Origin: Octopus vulgaris
Lineage: Eukaryota
NCBI GenBank assembly: GCA_951406725.2
Contig: OX597835.1
Coordinates: 2,046,001 to 2,110,000, forward strand
Length of the DNA: 64,000 nt
Direction of reading: 5' to 3'
Part shown: one piece after another, positions 13,143 to 27,400 of the stretch
Position numbering within the stretch: the first letter of the stretch is position 1
Layout: the number at the start of each line of letters is the position of its first letter
Notes under the pieces: generated by a model
The model's input: only the letters and a program-made list of their open reading frames with translations
Told to the model about the DNA's origin: nothing
Databases searched by the model: none
Translations under genes and position numbers: made by a program

Positions 13143-14304
13143 TCACACACACACCTACACACATATACAGTGGGCTTCTTTCAGTTTTTGTGTACCAAAT
13201 CCACTCACAAGGCTTGAGGCTATAATAGAAGGCACTTGCCTAAGGTGGCACAGAGCAGGATTGAACCCAGAACTATGTGGTTGGGAGGCAATCTTCTTAC
13301 TACACAGCCACTTATATTTCTACCATTTTCACTCACAAAGCAATGGTCGGCCTGAGGTTATAGTAGAAATGTTCTTATCCTAAGTAGCTGGAATCACTGG
13401 TTGCAAAATTAAGTTCATAACCATACCTGGTTCATGGGGAAGTTTTTTTGGGACATATTGTGTTCAAAATGAAACTCTTCTATTTCCATAATTTTCTATC
13501 AGTTAAAAAATGTCTTTTGTACCTGTTCCTTGCTGTGTGTCTGGAACATGAAAGTTCTTAAATCCATTCTCACTGATGCTGGACCTTCATGGTCTGACCT
13601 TTTGGACGAAGTAGAATTGGTGTCACAATTTAATCACTATAAAGAGGCTGCAATAAATTGCCAACATTACTTCATCTCGATGATGAGACCTTTAAGGGTT
13701 CTTGAAATGTCTAGAAATGTTGACAACTTTACTGCTCCAAACAAACTGCAAGAAACTTTTTTTTATTATGAACAGACACATCTCCTCACCTTGATCACAA
13801 CATTTCAGCTGATGTACTCTCCAGCCTTCATCAGGTGTTTTGGTGGAATTTCAAACCCAACCCTTTATTTAACTAATGGGGTACTCTCTTCTCATTCCTA
13901 AAGTATGTTGCTGGTGTTATTTTGCCGTTGATATTATTTTTCAAGGCCCTCCTGGGATCGAACTTAGAATCTGAGGGTTAGTGACCCATGCTCTTATCCA
14001 CTATGCTATATGCCCATGGGCAGTCATAGAGTGAGAACAGGAATGAGAACAATGTACCCCGTTAGTCAAATAAAGGCTTGGGATTTGAAATTCCACCAGA
14101 AAACCTGATGAAAGCTGGAGAGTACATCAGCCGAAACGTGATAGCAACAAACAAGATGAGGGCACCTCTCCATCCATTGTAAATAATGGACATAATTCCT
14201 CATCTCAAAAATATAGGATAATGCAAGAAATTTGCATGAAAGTATGATAATGCATGCATATGTACAAACATTCATGTAGTTGTATGTTTATCTAAATTTG
14301 GTAA

Positions 14305-14340
<36 letters not shown>

Positions 14341-15160
14341 CTTTGGCAGCCTTTGTGGAAAGATTCTGTAGACTAAAGGGGAATATGCTGTTTTATTTCA
14401 AGAGTAAAGAGTTCACAGTGAGTAATTCATCATTTGTTTTGTTTTTTCTTGTCATTTTAATGTCCGTTTTTCCATGCCAGCATGGGTCAGATGGAGTTTA
14501 TTATTGAGGCTAGATGTCCTCTCTGTTGCTACCCTCACCTGTTTGCAAGTAAGGTAAGATTTTCCCTTGGCCAGACAAGTGGAAATGAAGGACAATCATT
14601 TTACAAATATCATGTGATATCAAGACAAAGACACACACACCACCACCACCACCACCACCACCACCACTTAACATCTGTTTTGCATTCTGGCATGGGTCGG
14701 ATGGTTTGGCAGGAGCTGGGAATCCCAAGCACTGCCCCCACCTCTACACATATTTATCTTACCCAAGGGTTTGACTTTAACCTATTAATGCACAGCGTCC
14801 AGAAAAATGGATGCAGGAAAATTTACTATTACTTGTTTCATGTGTGTATAGTTGGTTTGTTTGCATGCAGTGCCTGCTCACTGATAGAGCACCAGTTTAG
14901 AAGCAGACTATACCAAAAATAAGCTCAATCGGTAGTTTACTTAACGAGCAATAGTAACTTTTCCTGCGTCCATTTTTCTGGAGTCTATGAGGTTCCTAGG
15001 TTAATCAGAAACAGATTGTCGTGCTTCTCATAAACCTCCTTTGTAGTTTGATTATTTGGTGAAAATCAAACCTCCAAAGCAACTTAAACCATACAAAGGA
15101 CGGGCGCGTTTGCTAGTATATATATATATATATATATATATATGAATATGTGTGTGTGTA

Positions 15161-15211
<51 letters not shown>

Positions 15212-15303
15212 GAATGGAGTTGAATGACGAATTAACAAAATTTGCTACCCAGGTATCGGTTAACCGAATTATCCATAACAAGATAATTCATTCTACTACT
15301 CAA

Positions 15304-15366
<63 letters not shown>

Positions 15367-18300
15367 CTAGTAAATGCATAATCTTTTACTCTCTTACGTG
15401 TTTCAGCAATTATTCATTATTTCAGGGTAGTATAATAATACAGGTGTTTTTTTTTCATTGCAGAACACAGATCCATTGGGTGTGTTGATTATTGAAAGAT
15501 GTACAGTAGAATTAGACACAGACGATGACAACTTACATGGATTTATGCTAGGCAAGTAGTTTTTATCTTCAGTTTCTTGGAACACCACAACATAGTCATT
15601 TTCCTGTCTTTCTGTCACCATTACCATGTTTGCTAACTCTCCATGTTTTGACCTGTCGTAGCCATTTTCTGTTGCTGTTTTAAGAATTCATCTATATTTA
15701 TGCTAAATGCAAAATAGGTGTGCCTCTGGTAAACTTATGTAATGGACACACACACAAACAGACTGGACAGTAAACTAGATATTGCACGACCTCATGGCTA
15801 CACTTCGCTCTACTCAACATATTTCGATTTTCCTACTTCATTCTGTGGAGGCACATGACCTAGTAGTTAGAGCAGCGGACTTGCGGTCGAGGGATCATGG
15901 TTTCGAATCTCAGACTGCATGATGTGTGTGTTTATGAGCAAAACACCTAAGCTCCACGTGGCTCCGGCAGAAGGTAATGGCAAACTTCTGCTGACTCTTT
16001 CACCACAACTTTCTCTCACTCTTTCCTCCTACTTCTGCCACAAAGCAGAGGAACCATGGTGTAACCCACTATGGTGCGGTAAACTTTCAGACCCTAGTCT
16101 AGATTGCGAATCCTCTGTACCCCAGGATGGTTCAGCTCTCCACCCATTAAAATGCCACCGTTTACGGAATGAGGATAACAACGTAGCTTTCGCACCCGTG
16201 CAACCGCCAGTCTATCGCGTGTGGTGGACTGGATCTTCAAGTTGCCACATGCATTTTTAGTAGCTCAGAGTAGGCTCGAATTAGAGATTATTCTTTGTGG
16301 CTAATGGCGTGAGTCCTGATTGGAAGAAGACAACAGCAGCAGCATTTTATATTCCCTTTTTCAAACTGGTTTGGCTTGGATGGTTTTTCCGAGGTAATGT
16401 TTTATGGCCAGAGGACCTTCTTGTTACCTTCTTTTGTTCCCTCTTATACCAAATAAGGACACAGGACACCTATTTTGACCCTTCAGCATTCAGATTGTTC
16501 TGTCAAATGTAATGCTTATTCATTCACATTGGTTTCAATCACTCTTGTATTGTCTTGAACTCTTCAGATTTCAGTGATGTAACTATTTATGTTTTGGGTG
16601 GGTGTGACAGGCCAGACCCACTCAGGTTGAACCTAATATTTGGGCCAGATATTGGCTGGTTTGAATCCTAAGGGGCTAAAGCTGAGATACAGTTTATAAG
16701 AATTAATTACAAATGTGGTATAATAAATGGATCTTGGTCAGAGTTTCCAAAACATGAGTTTTTAGGTGTTTGATCAACTGAAGTATCTTCTCGGTGAATC
16801 AGAATGAAAGTGGCTGAGTACTTTCACTAATATTGTTGTCGTCATCATCATCATCATCTTCATCATCATTTTAATGTCTGCTAACTGTAAAAAAAGAAGA
16901 AGAAGAAGAAAATCTAAAGACACAAATATTCTAACAAGTAAGACATAACTTTGTTGCAAACTTGGGAAAATGGATATGAAACAAAAAAGGAAACTTTTAA
17001 AAATTATATTTGAATATCATCATCATCATCATCATCACCATTTGACATCTGTTTTCCATGCTGGCATGGGTTGGATGGTTTGACAGGAACTGACAAGCAC
17101 AGGGGCTGCACCTGATTCCATTTGTTTGTTTTGTTTTGGTTTCTATAGCTGGCTGCCCTTCTTAATGCCAAATAATTCTTTTTTTTTTCCCTTTTGTATT
17201 TGCAGTGTATGAAGGAGATGAGAATCCTGTCCATTTTGCCACACGCACAGAAGAACAGAGGGATCAGTGGATTCAGACATTACACATCGCTAGCTACGAG
17301 TGTCTCAAAATGCAGCTGCAAAGTTTACGGGAACAGTTGGTTAGCAAAACAGGTCACGATCCACTTGATAGAATGCCTCAACAAGATACGTGCTCCACCA
17401 ACCCTCCAGGTAACCAATATTTTGTGTTCAAGTTTCGTTCTGGCCAGTGTTATTCTGTTGCTGCAGTTTCATTCTGGTTGCGAGTCAGGTTTGTTGTGAG
17501 TAGTTTATTGCTGTTGCTTCAATCTGTCAACTTGGCAATGTTTATCATACAACTATAGCTAACCTTTATGTTGTTTCTGTTGAACAGTTTATGGGCCTCG
17601 TGGCTAGTGGGGTGGGTGGATGGTGGAAATGTTTTATGAATAATGCTCTGAAAGTTTTCTGTTTACTTACATAGTATATGTCACTATTATTAACCTCCTT
17701 TCTGTGACCTCTTTTCCATGCTGATACAGGTAGGACATGACTGTTTTAACACAGCATCTTGCCATGTGTTGGAATCCACAAAAGAGAGGCCCAGCATCCG
17801 TAGATCAGACCTCATCACTTTCATTTGTAGGTTCCACTCTCAGCACTGTATCACTTTTTAACCATCTACCGTTCTTCAAACTGCACCTGTCTAACACCCA
17901 TGGACATGTTTACAAAGTAAGAAAACAGCACAGCTCCCATGACTTCAGGAAACATTTTTTCACGCTGAGAGTTGCTGAAGCATGGAACAAACGGCCGGCA
18001 TCAGTTGTTAGTTGTCGGAGCACTGCATCCTTCAAAACTTCCATGCTTCCTGAGATTCGCCAACACTACACCTGATTTTCTCCCCTACATACACACGCAA
18101 GCATGTATCTGACTCATACACTGTTCACTTCCCAGACATTTGTACATTACTGCATATGCTTTATATGCACTTTTGACAAGTTGTGGTGCACCTGAGCACT
18201 GTATACAATAATTTCATTATTATTATTTTTATTATTTCATATGCATTGCTTTGAGGATCATAAAAACCCTACCAAATCTAACAATTGTGCTTGGCGCAGT

Positions 18301-18373
18301 CCTGTGGCTTGTTGAATTCTATCAAACTGCTCAACCCGTACCAGCATGGAAAACAGGCCTTAAATGATTACGA

Positions 18374-18413
<40 letters not shown>

Positions 18414-21400
18414 TCGTAATCATTTAATTAAGCACATATATATACTTGCCTGCTACACACATATAAATATGTGTATACATAAATATATGCTTATAAACAT
18501 AGTTCAAATTTACAGAAAACAAAAGATGAAGACAGTTGAAGGAACAACAAAGCAGGTTTATTGGTTTAATGCTTGGGAAGAATGGGAAAGTCTTTGGCAT
18601 TTTGAGCTTCTTTGACAGAAAGGGTTGAGAGGGAAAGCAAAGGTTCAGGTATTAACACGCATACATGTATATTCATGCACAAATGCAAAAAAGATATTTA
18701 TACACGCATACACAAATATATGTAATTACATATACACACACACACACACATGCTCATATTATATATAGATGTGTTTTGTTTATTTTTATAGATCTTTCTG
18801 GTGAAGAACCATGTGTTGAGATATGTATCGGTAAGTCTTTGACCTTTCTATGTTGCTGGCTGCCATGCATTTATGCGTGTGTAGTATTATGTTATATGTG
18901 TGTGTGTGTGTGTGTGTGTAGATCCAACTTAGGGTTTGGTTTTGTACTTTGGGTTTGCTTTCATTTATGTTTAATTAGATTATTGATATAAAATAAAACA
19001 GTGGCAGTTTCAGGAAAAAGCACTTGGTACACACAGTAAATACTATGATAATAATAAAAGAATTATCTGCAATAAGTTGTATGCCCTTTTCACTCTTTAA
19101 AAAAAAAAAAATTCTCCACCGAAGATAAAAAAATGAATATATTTAGAAACGATTATCTCCCCCTGAGCAGCAACTCTCTTTCGTTCTCTGTTTCTAACAC
19201 AGTATATACAGCTTCCTGTAAGACAGCCACAGTAAATTTTGTCTCCCCTGTATTTTATGTCTAACTCTTTTGTCTCCATCCCAAGCTATTCTACTCCAGT
19301 GGAAGTGACCTGGCCAAGTATCTGACTTATTGGATTGTCCAACTACCAACCTTCTCGCTCATACTTCAAATTCAAATCCATTTATAGTTTTAGGGTGTGT
19401 TTCTGAGGCAGAACACTTTATTCAGCAAGGCTTCTGATCAGCTAGCTGTCAGGGATTATATATATATATATATATACCAGATTATCTGGAAAAGTTATCT
19501 GCGATAGACTGATCAGAGATACACTTATGGAGAGACGTATCTCTCATTTCAATAAGCCAGAAAACCAGAGGAAACATTGAATTTCTTAGCTGGTCATTTA
19601 GGGGACCAAAAACCAGAGGAAACATTGAATTTCTTAGCTGGTCCTTAGGGGACCAGGGGAGATATTTACATCATCTTCATCATCATGAGCATCATTGTTT
19701 TTACATCTGCCTTTTTTTTCTGGTCTCCTGGGTTGGATGAGACTTATTGAGACAGTATTCAGGGTGGATGTTTTTTCTGTTGCCAACCCTTCCTTTATCT
19801 GTTTTCTGTCTCAGTCATTAGACTGTGGCAATGCTGGGGCATTGTCTTGAAGAACTTTTAGTTGAATGAATCATCCATAGTATTTACTTTTGTTGTTAAG
19901 CCTGGTGCTTATTCTATTGGTCTCCTTTTGCTAAATTGCTAACTTACGGGGGACATAAACAAACAAACACTAGTTGCCAAGCAACTTTCATTTTCATGGG
20001 CTTCTTTCATTTTCCATCTACCTAATCCACTCACAAAGCTCTGGTTGGCCCTGAGGCTATAGCAGAAGACACTTGCCAAAGGTGGAATACAGTGGGACTG
20101 AACTTGGAACCATGTGGTTGAGAGGCAAGCTTCTCACCACACAGCCATGCCTCTGCATCTTATCTGTTTTCCATGGAAGATATTTCTTGTTCCACTGGTT
20201 TTTAAATGTGAAAACTAATGAAACCACCAAACTACAGGACGAATTGTAAACACTTAATGTAAACACAGCAGGCTTCAGTACAGTTTTTGCTTACCAATTT
20301 CGTTGATGAGTCATTGGCCTACTTGAGTCTTATCCAAGATGCCATACAGTAGAATGGAACCTGAAACCATGGGATTACAAAATGAACTTCATAACAACCA
20401 TTGCTGCTCCTTATGTTTTAAAAATCTAATGCAGTGATTCTCAACTATTTTTTTACCTATGGACCCCTTTGATTCCTATTTTACTTGAGTGGACCCTCAT
20501 AGCCATTCAATGTTTAGCCCTTTAAACCCTCTAACATTTAGACTGGCCATGTCTGGCCAAATAGTTTTACCTGTTTTATGCTCAAACTGGTCAGCTCTGG
20601 CCTCTCACACCTGCCGTACAATATTGTTCTAAAAGCTGACAGTTACCTCATCAAAATATCACAGATGGAAGATGAATGATTGACCAATTCAAAGCTATGT
20701 GAATAAATAAGCATCACATTCAACACAGTGTCAATGGTAAATGGTTAAACAATCCGATTATATTTTTATAATTATTATTAGGAATTGTGGGGAAAATTAA
20801 AAAAAAAATATTTTGTGCCCTTTAAGAGTATATCTAACCAATTTATTGCCCACAAATTTTCACAACAAACTTTTATATGGACCCCAAAGATCCTCATGGA
20901 ATCTGGTTGAGAACCACTGATCTAAATTTACTCATAAAGAAGTAGAGATACTGAAATTAGTAGTTGAATTAGCAAAAGTTCAATACCTAAAGTTTTGTGA
21001 TTGATCATTGATTGATATTGCCATCATCATCATCATTTTACACCTGTTTTTCCATGTTTTCCATGGATGGAAAAGTCCATCTCAGCACAGCAGTATCTTG
21101 CTACTTGTTATTGTTCCTTCTCATCTTCACAATATCCAGCATCCCAAGCTCAGCATTTACTGTTTCTTTCTAAACCTCCCTCTCCATCCCTTTCCAATTG
21201 GATTTCTTAGCACTTCATCATTTAATTCTCGTCCTTCACATACATCACACATCTTCACCATCACTGTCAGCCTCTCTTGCACCCTATGGCCAAATGCTCA
21301 TTCATGCATGCAATTCTTTCCAGTCATTGCACATCTTCTGCATCATGTTTTACTATCATGCAACATTGCATTTCTTACACATGCACTCTATGTCTATCCT

Positions 21401-24400
21401 TAACTCAGACAAAATAGTTCCCTGAACTGGTTCCACCCCATTCCTATACCCTGGTTACTACACTTTCATAACACTAGCTGTCGACTATTTCTAGTAAGCT
21501 TCCTGGGTAATAAAAGGTAATCTCATCCTTTTTGTATATTGTGGATGTTATTGTGCAGTGTGTTGTTGTTGTGTAGCTCAGGTCAAGCTTAATTGAACAG
21601 ATCTCAGACCTATGATCAAAAACATGTTAGCTGTGACCATCCTGTCTTATTTGACCTCTGTTGGATTGCATTACCTAATGTGTCTCTTCATTATTAAACT
21701 GTTTCCATACCAACCTAACTAGGATTGTCCCCATTTCTATGGTAAAACCTTCCAACATAATTTTATTCAAGTGCCTTTTGTTTATTTTCAAATTATACTT
21801 CATGGGCAGCACTTTGTGGAGAGGGGATGAGTTGATTACTTCAACCCCCAGTACACAGCTGGTAATTAACTTATTGACCCTGAAAAGATGAAAGGCAAAG
21901 TTGATCCTGGTGAAATTTGAACTCAGAACGTAGCAGCAGACAAAATACCTATTTCTTTACTACACACAAGGGGCTAAACACAGAGGGGACAAACAAGGAC
22001 AGACATAGGTATTAAGTCGATTACATCGACCCCAGTGCGTACAGCTGGTAATTAACTTATTGACCCTGAAAAGATGAAAGGCAAAGTTGATCCTGGTGAA
22101 ATTTGAACTCAGAACGTAGCAGCAGACAAAATACCTATTTCTTTATTACCCACAAGGGGCTAAACATAGAGGGGACAAACAAGGACAGACATAGGTATTA
22201 AGTCGATTACATCGACCCCAGTGCGTAACTGGTACTTAATTTATTGACCCCGAAAGGATGAAAGGCAAAGTCGACCTCGGCGGAATTTGAACTCAGAACG
22301 TAGCGGCAGACGAAATACCGCTCAGCATTTCGTCCGGCGTGCTAACGTTTCTGCCAGCTCGCAGCAGACAAAATACCGCTCAGCATTTCACCCGGCATGC
22401 TAACGATTCTGCCAGCTTGCCTCCCTACCCACCAAAGGAATAACGACAGTTGTTTTACCAAATTTCATAAAAAATTCTTGATTACTTTTGTAGCTAAAAG
22501 CCACATTAGAAATATGGGCATAAAGTGCAATTTCAGTGATATTTAGCTGTTATTTCTCGCAAGTTAGGCAACTGTGTAGAGGTTTTCTCTTTTAGTGATA
22601 GGATGTTGTTTAGTCCCAGGTTATTCATGGTTGAGTAGACCTAAGCTCAAAAGCATTCCAGTTGAGACTATCAGGAACTGCAGCAATTTTGCACTCCTCC
22701 CCCACCATTTCATTTATTCATTTCTGGGGAAAAAGTATACAAATGACATTTGAATTGTCTATGAAACAGGGAGAGGGCCATGAAATGGATTCTTGCAAAG
22801 TTCTTGATTGTGGTGGAGGTGTTTAGTTGCTTTGGTTGGCCCTGATCCAGCAGACCTCCAACCAAAAGCATTCAGTCCACCCTGTAAGGTGGTTGCCAAA
22901 ACAGACAGTGAATCCTGGTGCACTCTTCTATCTAGCCAGCCCCTGTCAATCCATCCAACCCATGCCAGCATGGAAAACAGATGTTAAATGATGATGACGG
23001 CAATGTCTTAGACACCACATATATTGTAAGGAGTATTTGCCTCAGTGAGCCATTGAGGGATTCCGCAAATTTTTACTTCCAAGAATTGACCCTTCTCACA
23101 AATCCTAGGCCTTTAACGGGTCTGTTCAGCCAACAAATTTTGAATTCATCTTATAGACCCTCACTTTCTTTCTTTGTTGACCCGTTTCCCCAGATTTCTG
23201 AGACCCCAGGTTGAAAACTACTGTCCTTTGGAGATTAGAAATAGCAGCCAAATTTCTCTTGAAATGAGATGATACTGGACATTGTAGTCGAAGACAACAC
23301 AATACCTGAGAGGACAATTTGATCACAATTCAAGCACTTTTGATCATAGGCTGGCCCAGACAGGGTTGACCATGGGGGTACTTCTCTGTCAAAAGAAAAA
23401 AAAAACCCAGAATTATGCTTAGTATAAGGTGCACATCAAACATTAAGAGATCTGATGGTGATTGTAGGTCAAACTGATTGAAGTGGTTTGATCTCTGATG
23501 ACAGTCATAATTGAAATATTTTTATATCTAAGGGTGAAGATATTAGTCAGAAGGATAAGAATATTATTATTACCCTTTTCAAATTCTGCTGAGGTTGACT
23601 TTGCCTTTCATCCGTTTTGGGTCGATGTAATTGATTTATCCCCTCCAATATTATTATTATTACCCTTAGTTTAGAAATAGTGGTTCTTAGTTCAAAACAG
23701 TTTAGGATAACGTACACATCCAGGAATATGGCACCTGATGATGACTATGGCCAGAGATCAAACCATTTGAAACACTGGGTAAATGTAAATCTTTAATCAT
23801 ACAGCTGATAGATTGAGAAATCTTTATCTGAATGAAACTTGACTCTTATTACCATTTTTTTCCATAAATGCCAGCTTCCTGTCAGAGTTCTGGTAGTTTC
23901 AGTAATTCTTTCATTTCAATACTTTTACACAGACATCTTTTCTTTTTGCAGGTTAGAAAAATCTCACCAACTTTTTTAAAAAAAGATGATCAACTTTTGT
24001 ATTCTCTGAGTAAAATCAGTTGTTTTTTTTTTACTTCTTTTTATAGGAATTTAGAAACAATTTTTTTAATTTAAAACATTTTTTTTTTCCTGATAAATAG
24101 ATCTAACCCCTTTGAGACAAATAAGGGATTTTTATTATATATTTTATACTTTTATATGGAATAATAAAAGAGAATATTTTTTTGTAAAATAGTGATTTGT
24201 GTATTTTTTTTCTCAAAAGAAAATTTGCAATATCTTTATTGCAGAGCAAAATTTCTGAAGACAAAGCTATCGTATAAAAATGGTTTTTGTTTTTTAAGTC
24301 TAGCCTCTCATCCATTCTGGGCCATCTCTTGTTTTCTTAAAAGAGTCTCATAAAGCCATATCATAACCCTTTTAAGGCTGGGTATAAATAGCAAGTCTTT

Positions 24401-27400
24401 TTGTGTGGGACACCAAAAAAGTGGGCGGGGGAAAGGCATGATGATAATCAAATAACTTATCCTGCAAGTGTAGCTGATGTACCACACCCGTCTTCTTCAC
24501 AATTCAGCAGTGTGTCAATAAGCCCCACCCATCATCTGTGGAAGAAAGCATGTTGTGTCAATACGCCAGAACCGACCTTAATGGGTTAAAACAACAATTT
24601 TAGCAGATTTTAAAATAATCACTCTGGTTTTAGTTTATGTTTTTAATTGCTGATGATTTTCTTGGTATTTAGTTGGGACCCATTAACGATCTGCATTCAT
24701 TTCCCCTTGCGGTAAGCTTTGTTTCCTTTGATAAAATAGGCCTCAAAATTTGAAGGAGGGAAATGGTTGTTTTTACTGATACCAGTACTTGACTGGTCCT
24801 TTTTATCACTCAGGGGCATGAAAAACAAAGTTGACCTTGGAGGGATTTGAACTAGAATGTAAACCACCACAGCTAAAAACTGCACAGCATTTTGTTTGAC
24901 TCTCTAATGACTCTTCCACTCCTCTCCTGAGTTGTTGGAGTATCAGACAAATGCTGTATAGTATTTGTTCTGGCTCCTTTATATTCTGAGTTCAAACTCC
25001 ATCATGGTCAACTATAGATTATCATCATCTCATTATACTAGTCTTATTATTATTGCTCATGTTTTATGTTGGATGAGATGGTAAAACTTCATAGTATTTA
25101 GTTTCATTCCTCTATGTGCTGGGTTCAATTCTTGCTAGGGTTAACTTGCCTTTCATTTCTTCAGGGCTGATAAAGTAAGGAGCAGTAACATACTGTTATA
25201 GCCCCCAATCTCTCTCTGCCCCTGCCTAGTTGTGTGTTTTTGATAGTAATATGCAATTTGAGGGATGATTGTCTATTATTTCTTGCAAGCTGAGAGACTG
25301 TGTAGAACAGTACTTCCCAACTTCTTCACTGTCAAAGCTCCAGCCTCGCCTGGCCTCCGTGCCAGTGGCATGTAAAAAGCACCATCCGAGCGTGGCCGTT
25401 CACCAGCCTCATCTGGCACCTGTGTCGGTGGCACATAAAAAGCACCCACTACACTCACAGAGTGGTTGGCATTAGCAAGGGCATCCAGCTGTAGAAACAC
25501 CGCCACATCTGACTGGCCTGGTGCAGCCTTCTGGCTTCCCAGACCCCAGTTGAACCGTCCAACCCATGCTAGCATGGAAAGCGGACGTTAAACGATGATG
25601 ATGATGATTTTTTTTTTACATAGATTCTAGGTTTTTGGAAATTCTGTCTACTTAACTGGTTTTGAACTCAATTTCATGGACTTGCTCTGCTTTCTTTGGG
25701 AACCTCAGGGCTCCGCAGATCCTAAAGCACTGACACAAAACTTTTCTTCATCAGCTTCTCTTTTGTCATTTTTGATGGCTGAGAGGATATCTTTGTTCTC
25801 TGCCTGTGAAAAATGGCCCAGTCCACTTAGCCGTAAATAAGTGGCTTGTTGTAAAATGCATGATCAGCTTGTCCTGTTTTCTGTTCAGAAGAGGTATTGG
25901 GTCCCACTGTTGTTCTCTCTATTTCTAGATGTACAGTAGCTGTAACGATAGTCTCTCACCCACAGATATCAGGATACGAAAATGATTTGATTGTGTGTGT
26001 GTGTCCCTATCTGTCCGTCCAGTGTAGTCCACACCCTGGCTCCTACCATATGGCACCCTACAGATAAGAAAACTCCCTCTCTCTACTGCAACTTTCACCA
26101 CTTGTTAAATACCAAGCAGTTGGCCGCTGACATCTATTCTACAACACTCTCCACATGTTCATACTGCCACATGTTCATACTGCCACACTCCAACCTTTGC
26201 ATGTCCTGGCTGCTACATTATACATCTTTTACAACATGGCCATTCTACAATCCTCCACTTTCAACAACCTTCACCACATGTGCTACAACACTACAGCTCA
26301 CTCGCACACTGTAGTGCATATGTACACACACACACACATGCATACATACATACATACATATACACCCCCACCCACTATAACTCCAGCAAGCAATGGTACC
26401 TCTACATGGTTGTTCACTTTACTAAAAATAGCAACCAAATATAGATGCAGGTGTGGTTGTGTGGTAAGAATACAAGTGCAGGCTTGCTTCCCAGCCACAT
26501 AGTACTGAGTTCAGTCCCACTGCGTGTTACCTTGGGCAAGTATCTTCTACTATAGCCTTAATCCAATCAAAGCTTTTGAGTGGATTTGGTAGATGGAAAC
26601 TGAAAGAATCCCATTGTATATATATATATATAAATATATATGGGTGTGTGTGTCTTTGTGTATGTGCTTGTTCCCACCACTGTTTGATAACTGGTGTTGG
26701 TGTGTTTATGTCCCCATAACTTAGTGGTTCAGCAAAAGAGACTGATGGAATTAGTATAAGGCTTTAAAAAAAGATAAGTGTTGGGGATCAATTCTTGCAA
26801 CTAAATATTCTTCAAGGTGGTTGCAGTCTAATGAAACGAGTAAATGAGAGAAGATAAGCATCTCTCACCACTCTGCCACCTTAAAACAAGAAGAAAAAAA
26901 AAAAAAGGGAAACCCACAAGATAATTTGGTCCTAGATAGCTTTAAAAATGTGGGAGAGTCACTGTTGGAATGCCTTTGATTACAATTCTTCTGCATTAGA
27001 TTTGACCTCAGATTAAACATCATCATCATCAATAGCTGTTACTACACCACAGTTCGCATATGTTCCCAGTTACCGTATTATAACTTGCGCCACATTCACT
27101 GAACAATGCCATGGCACACAGTTGTGCCTGTGACTGTTTAGCATTTAAGTTTTCCTCCCTTTTTAAATAAAGGAGACAAAGACCCCTGGCAGGTGGTGGA
27201 GAGGAGAGGAGAAGCTAATGTTTGATATTGTTATTAGAGGAAATGTTAATTGTTGTGTAGGAAATAAAGAAATCAGTTTTGTGTGATAGTTCTGTCACCT
27301 ATGCAACTAAACCATTAATCTATGTCATGTGATATGCCACTTGTAATGAGCCTACTGACTAACCTTTAACCCATGCTATGTGATATGTCATTTACACTGA

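Noticed and set aside
15084-15116. Helitron-like 3' end (CGGGCGCGTTTGCTAG|T)
   Set aside because: No matching 5' TC terminus or body could be identified, and it is too short to call.
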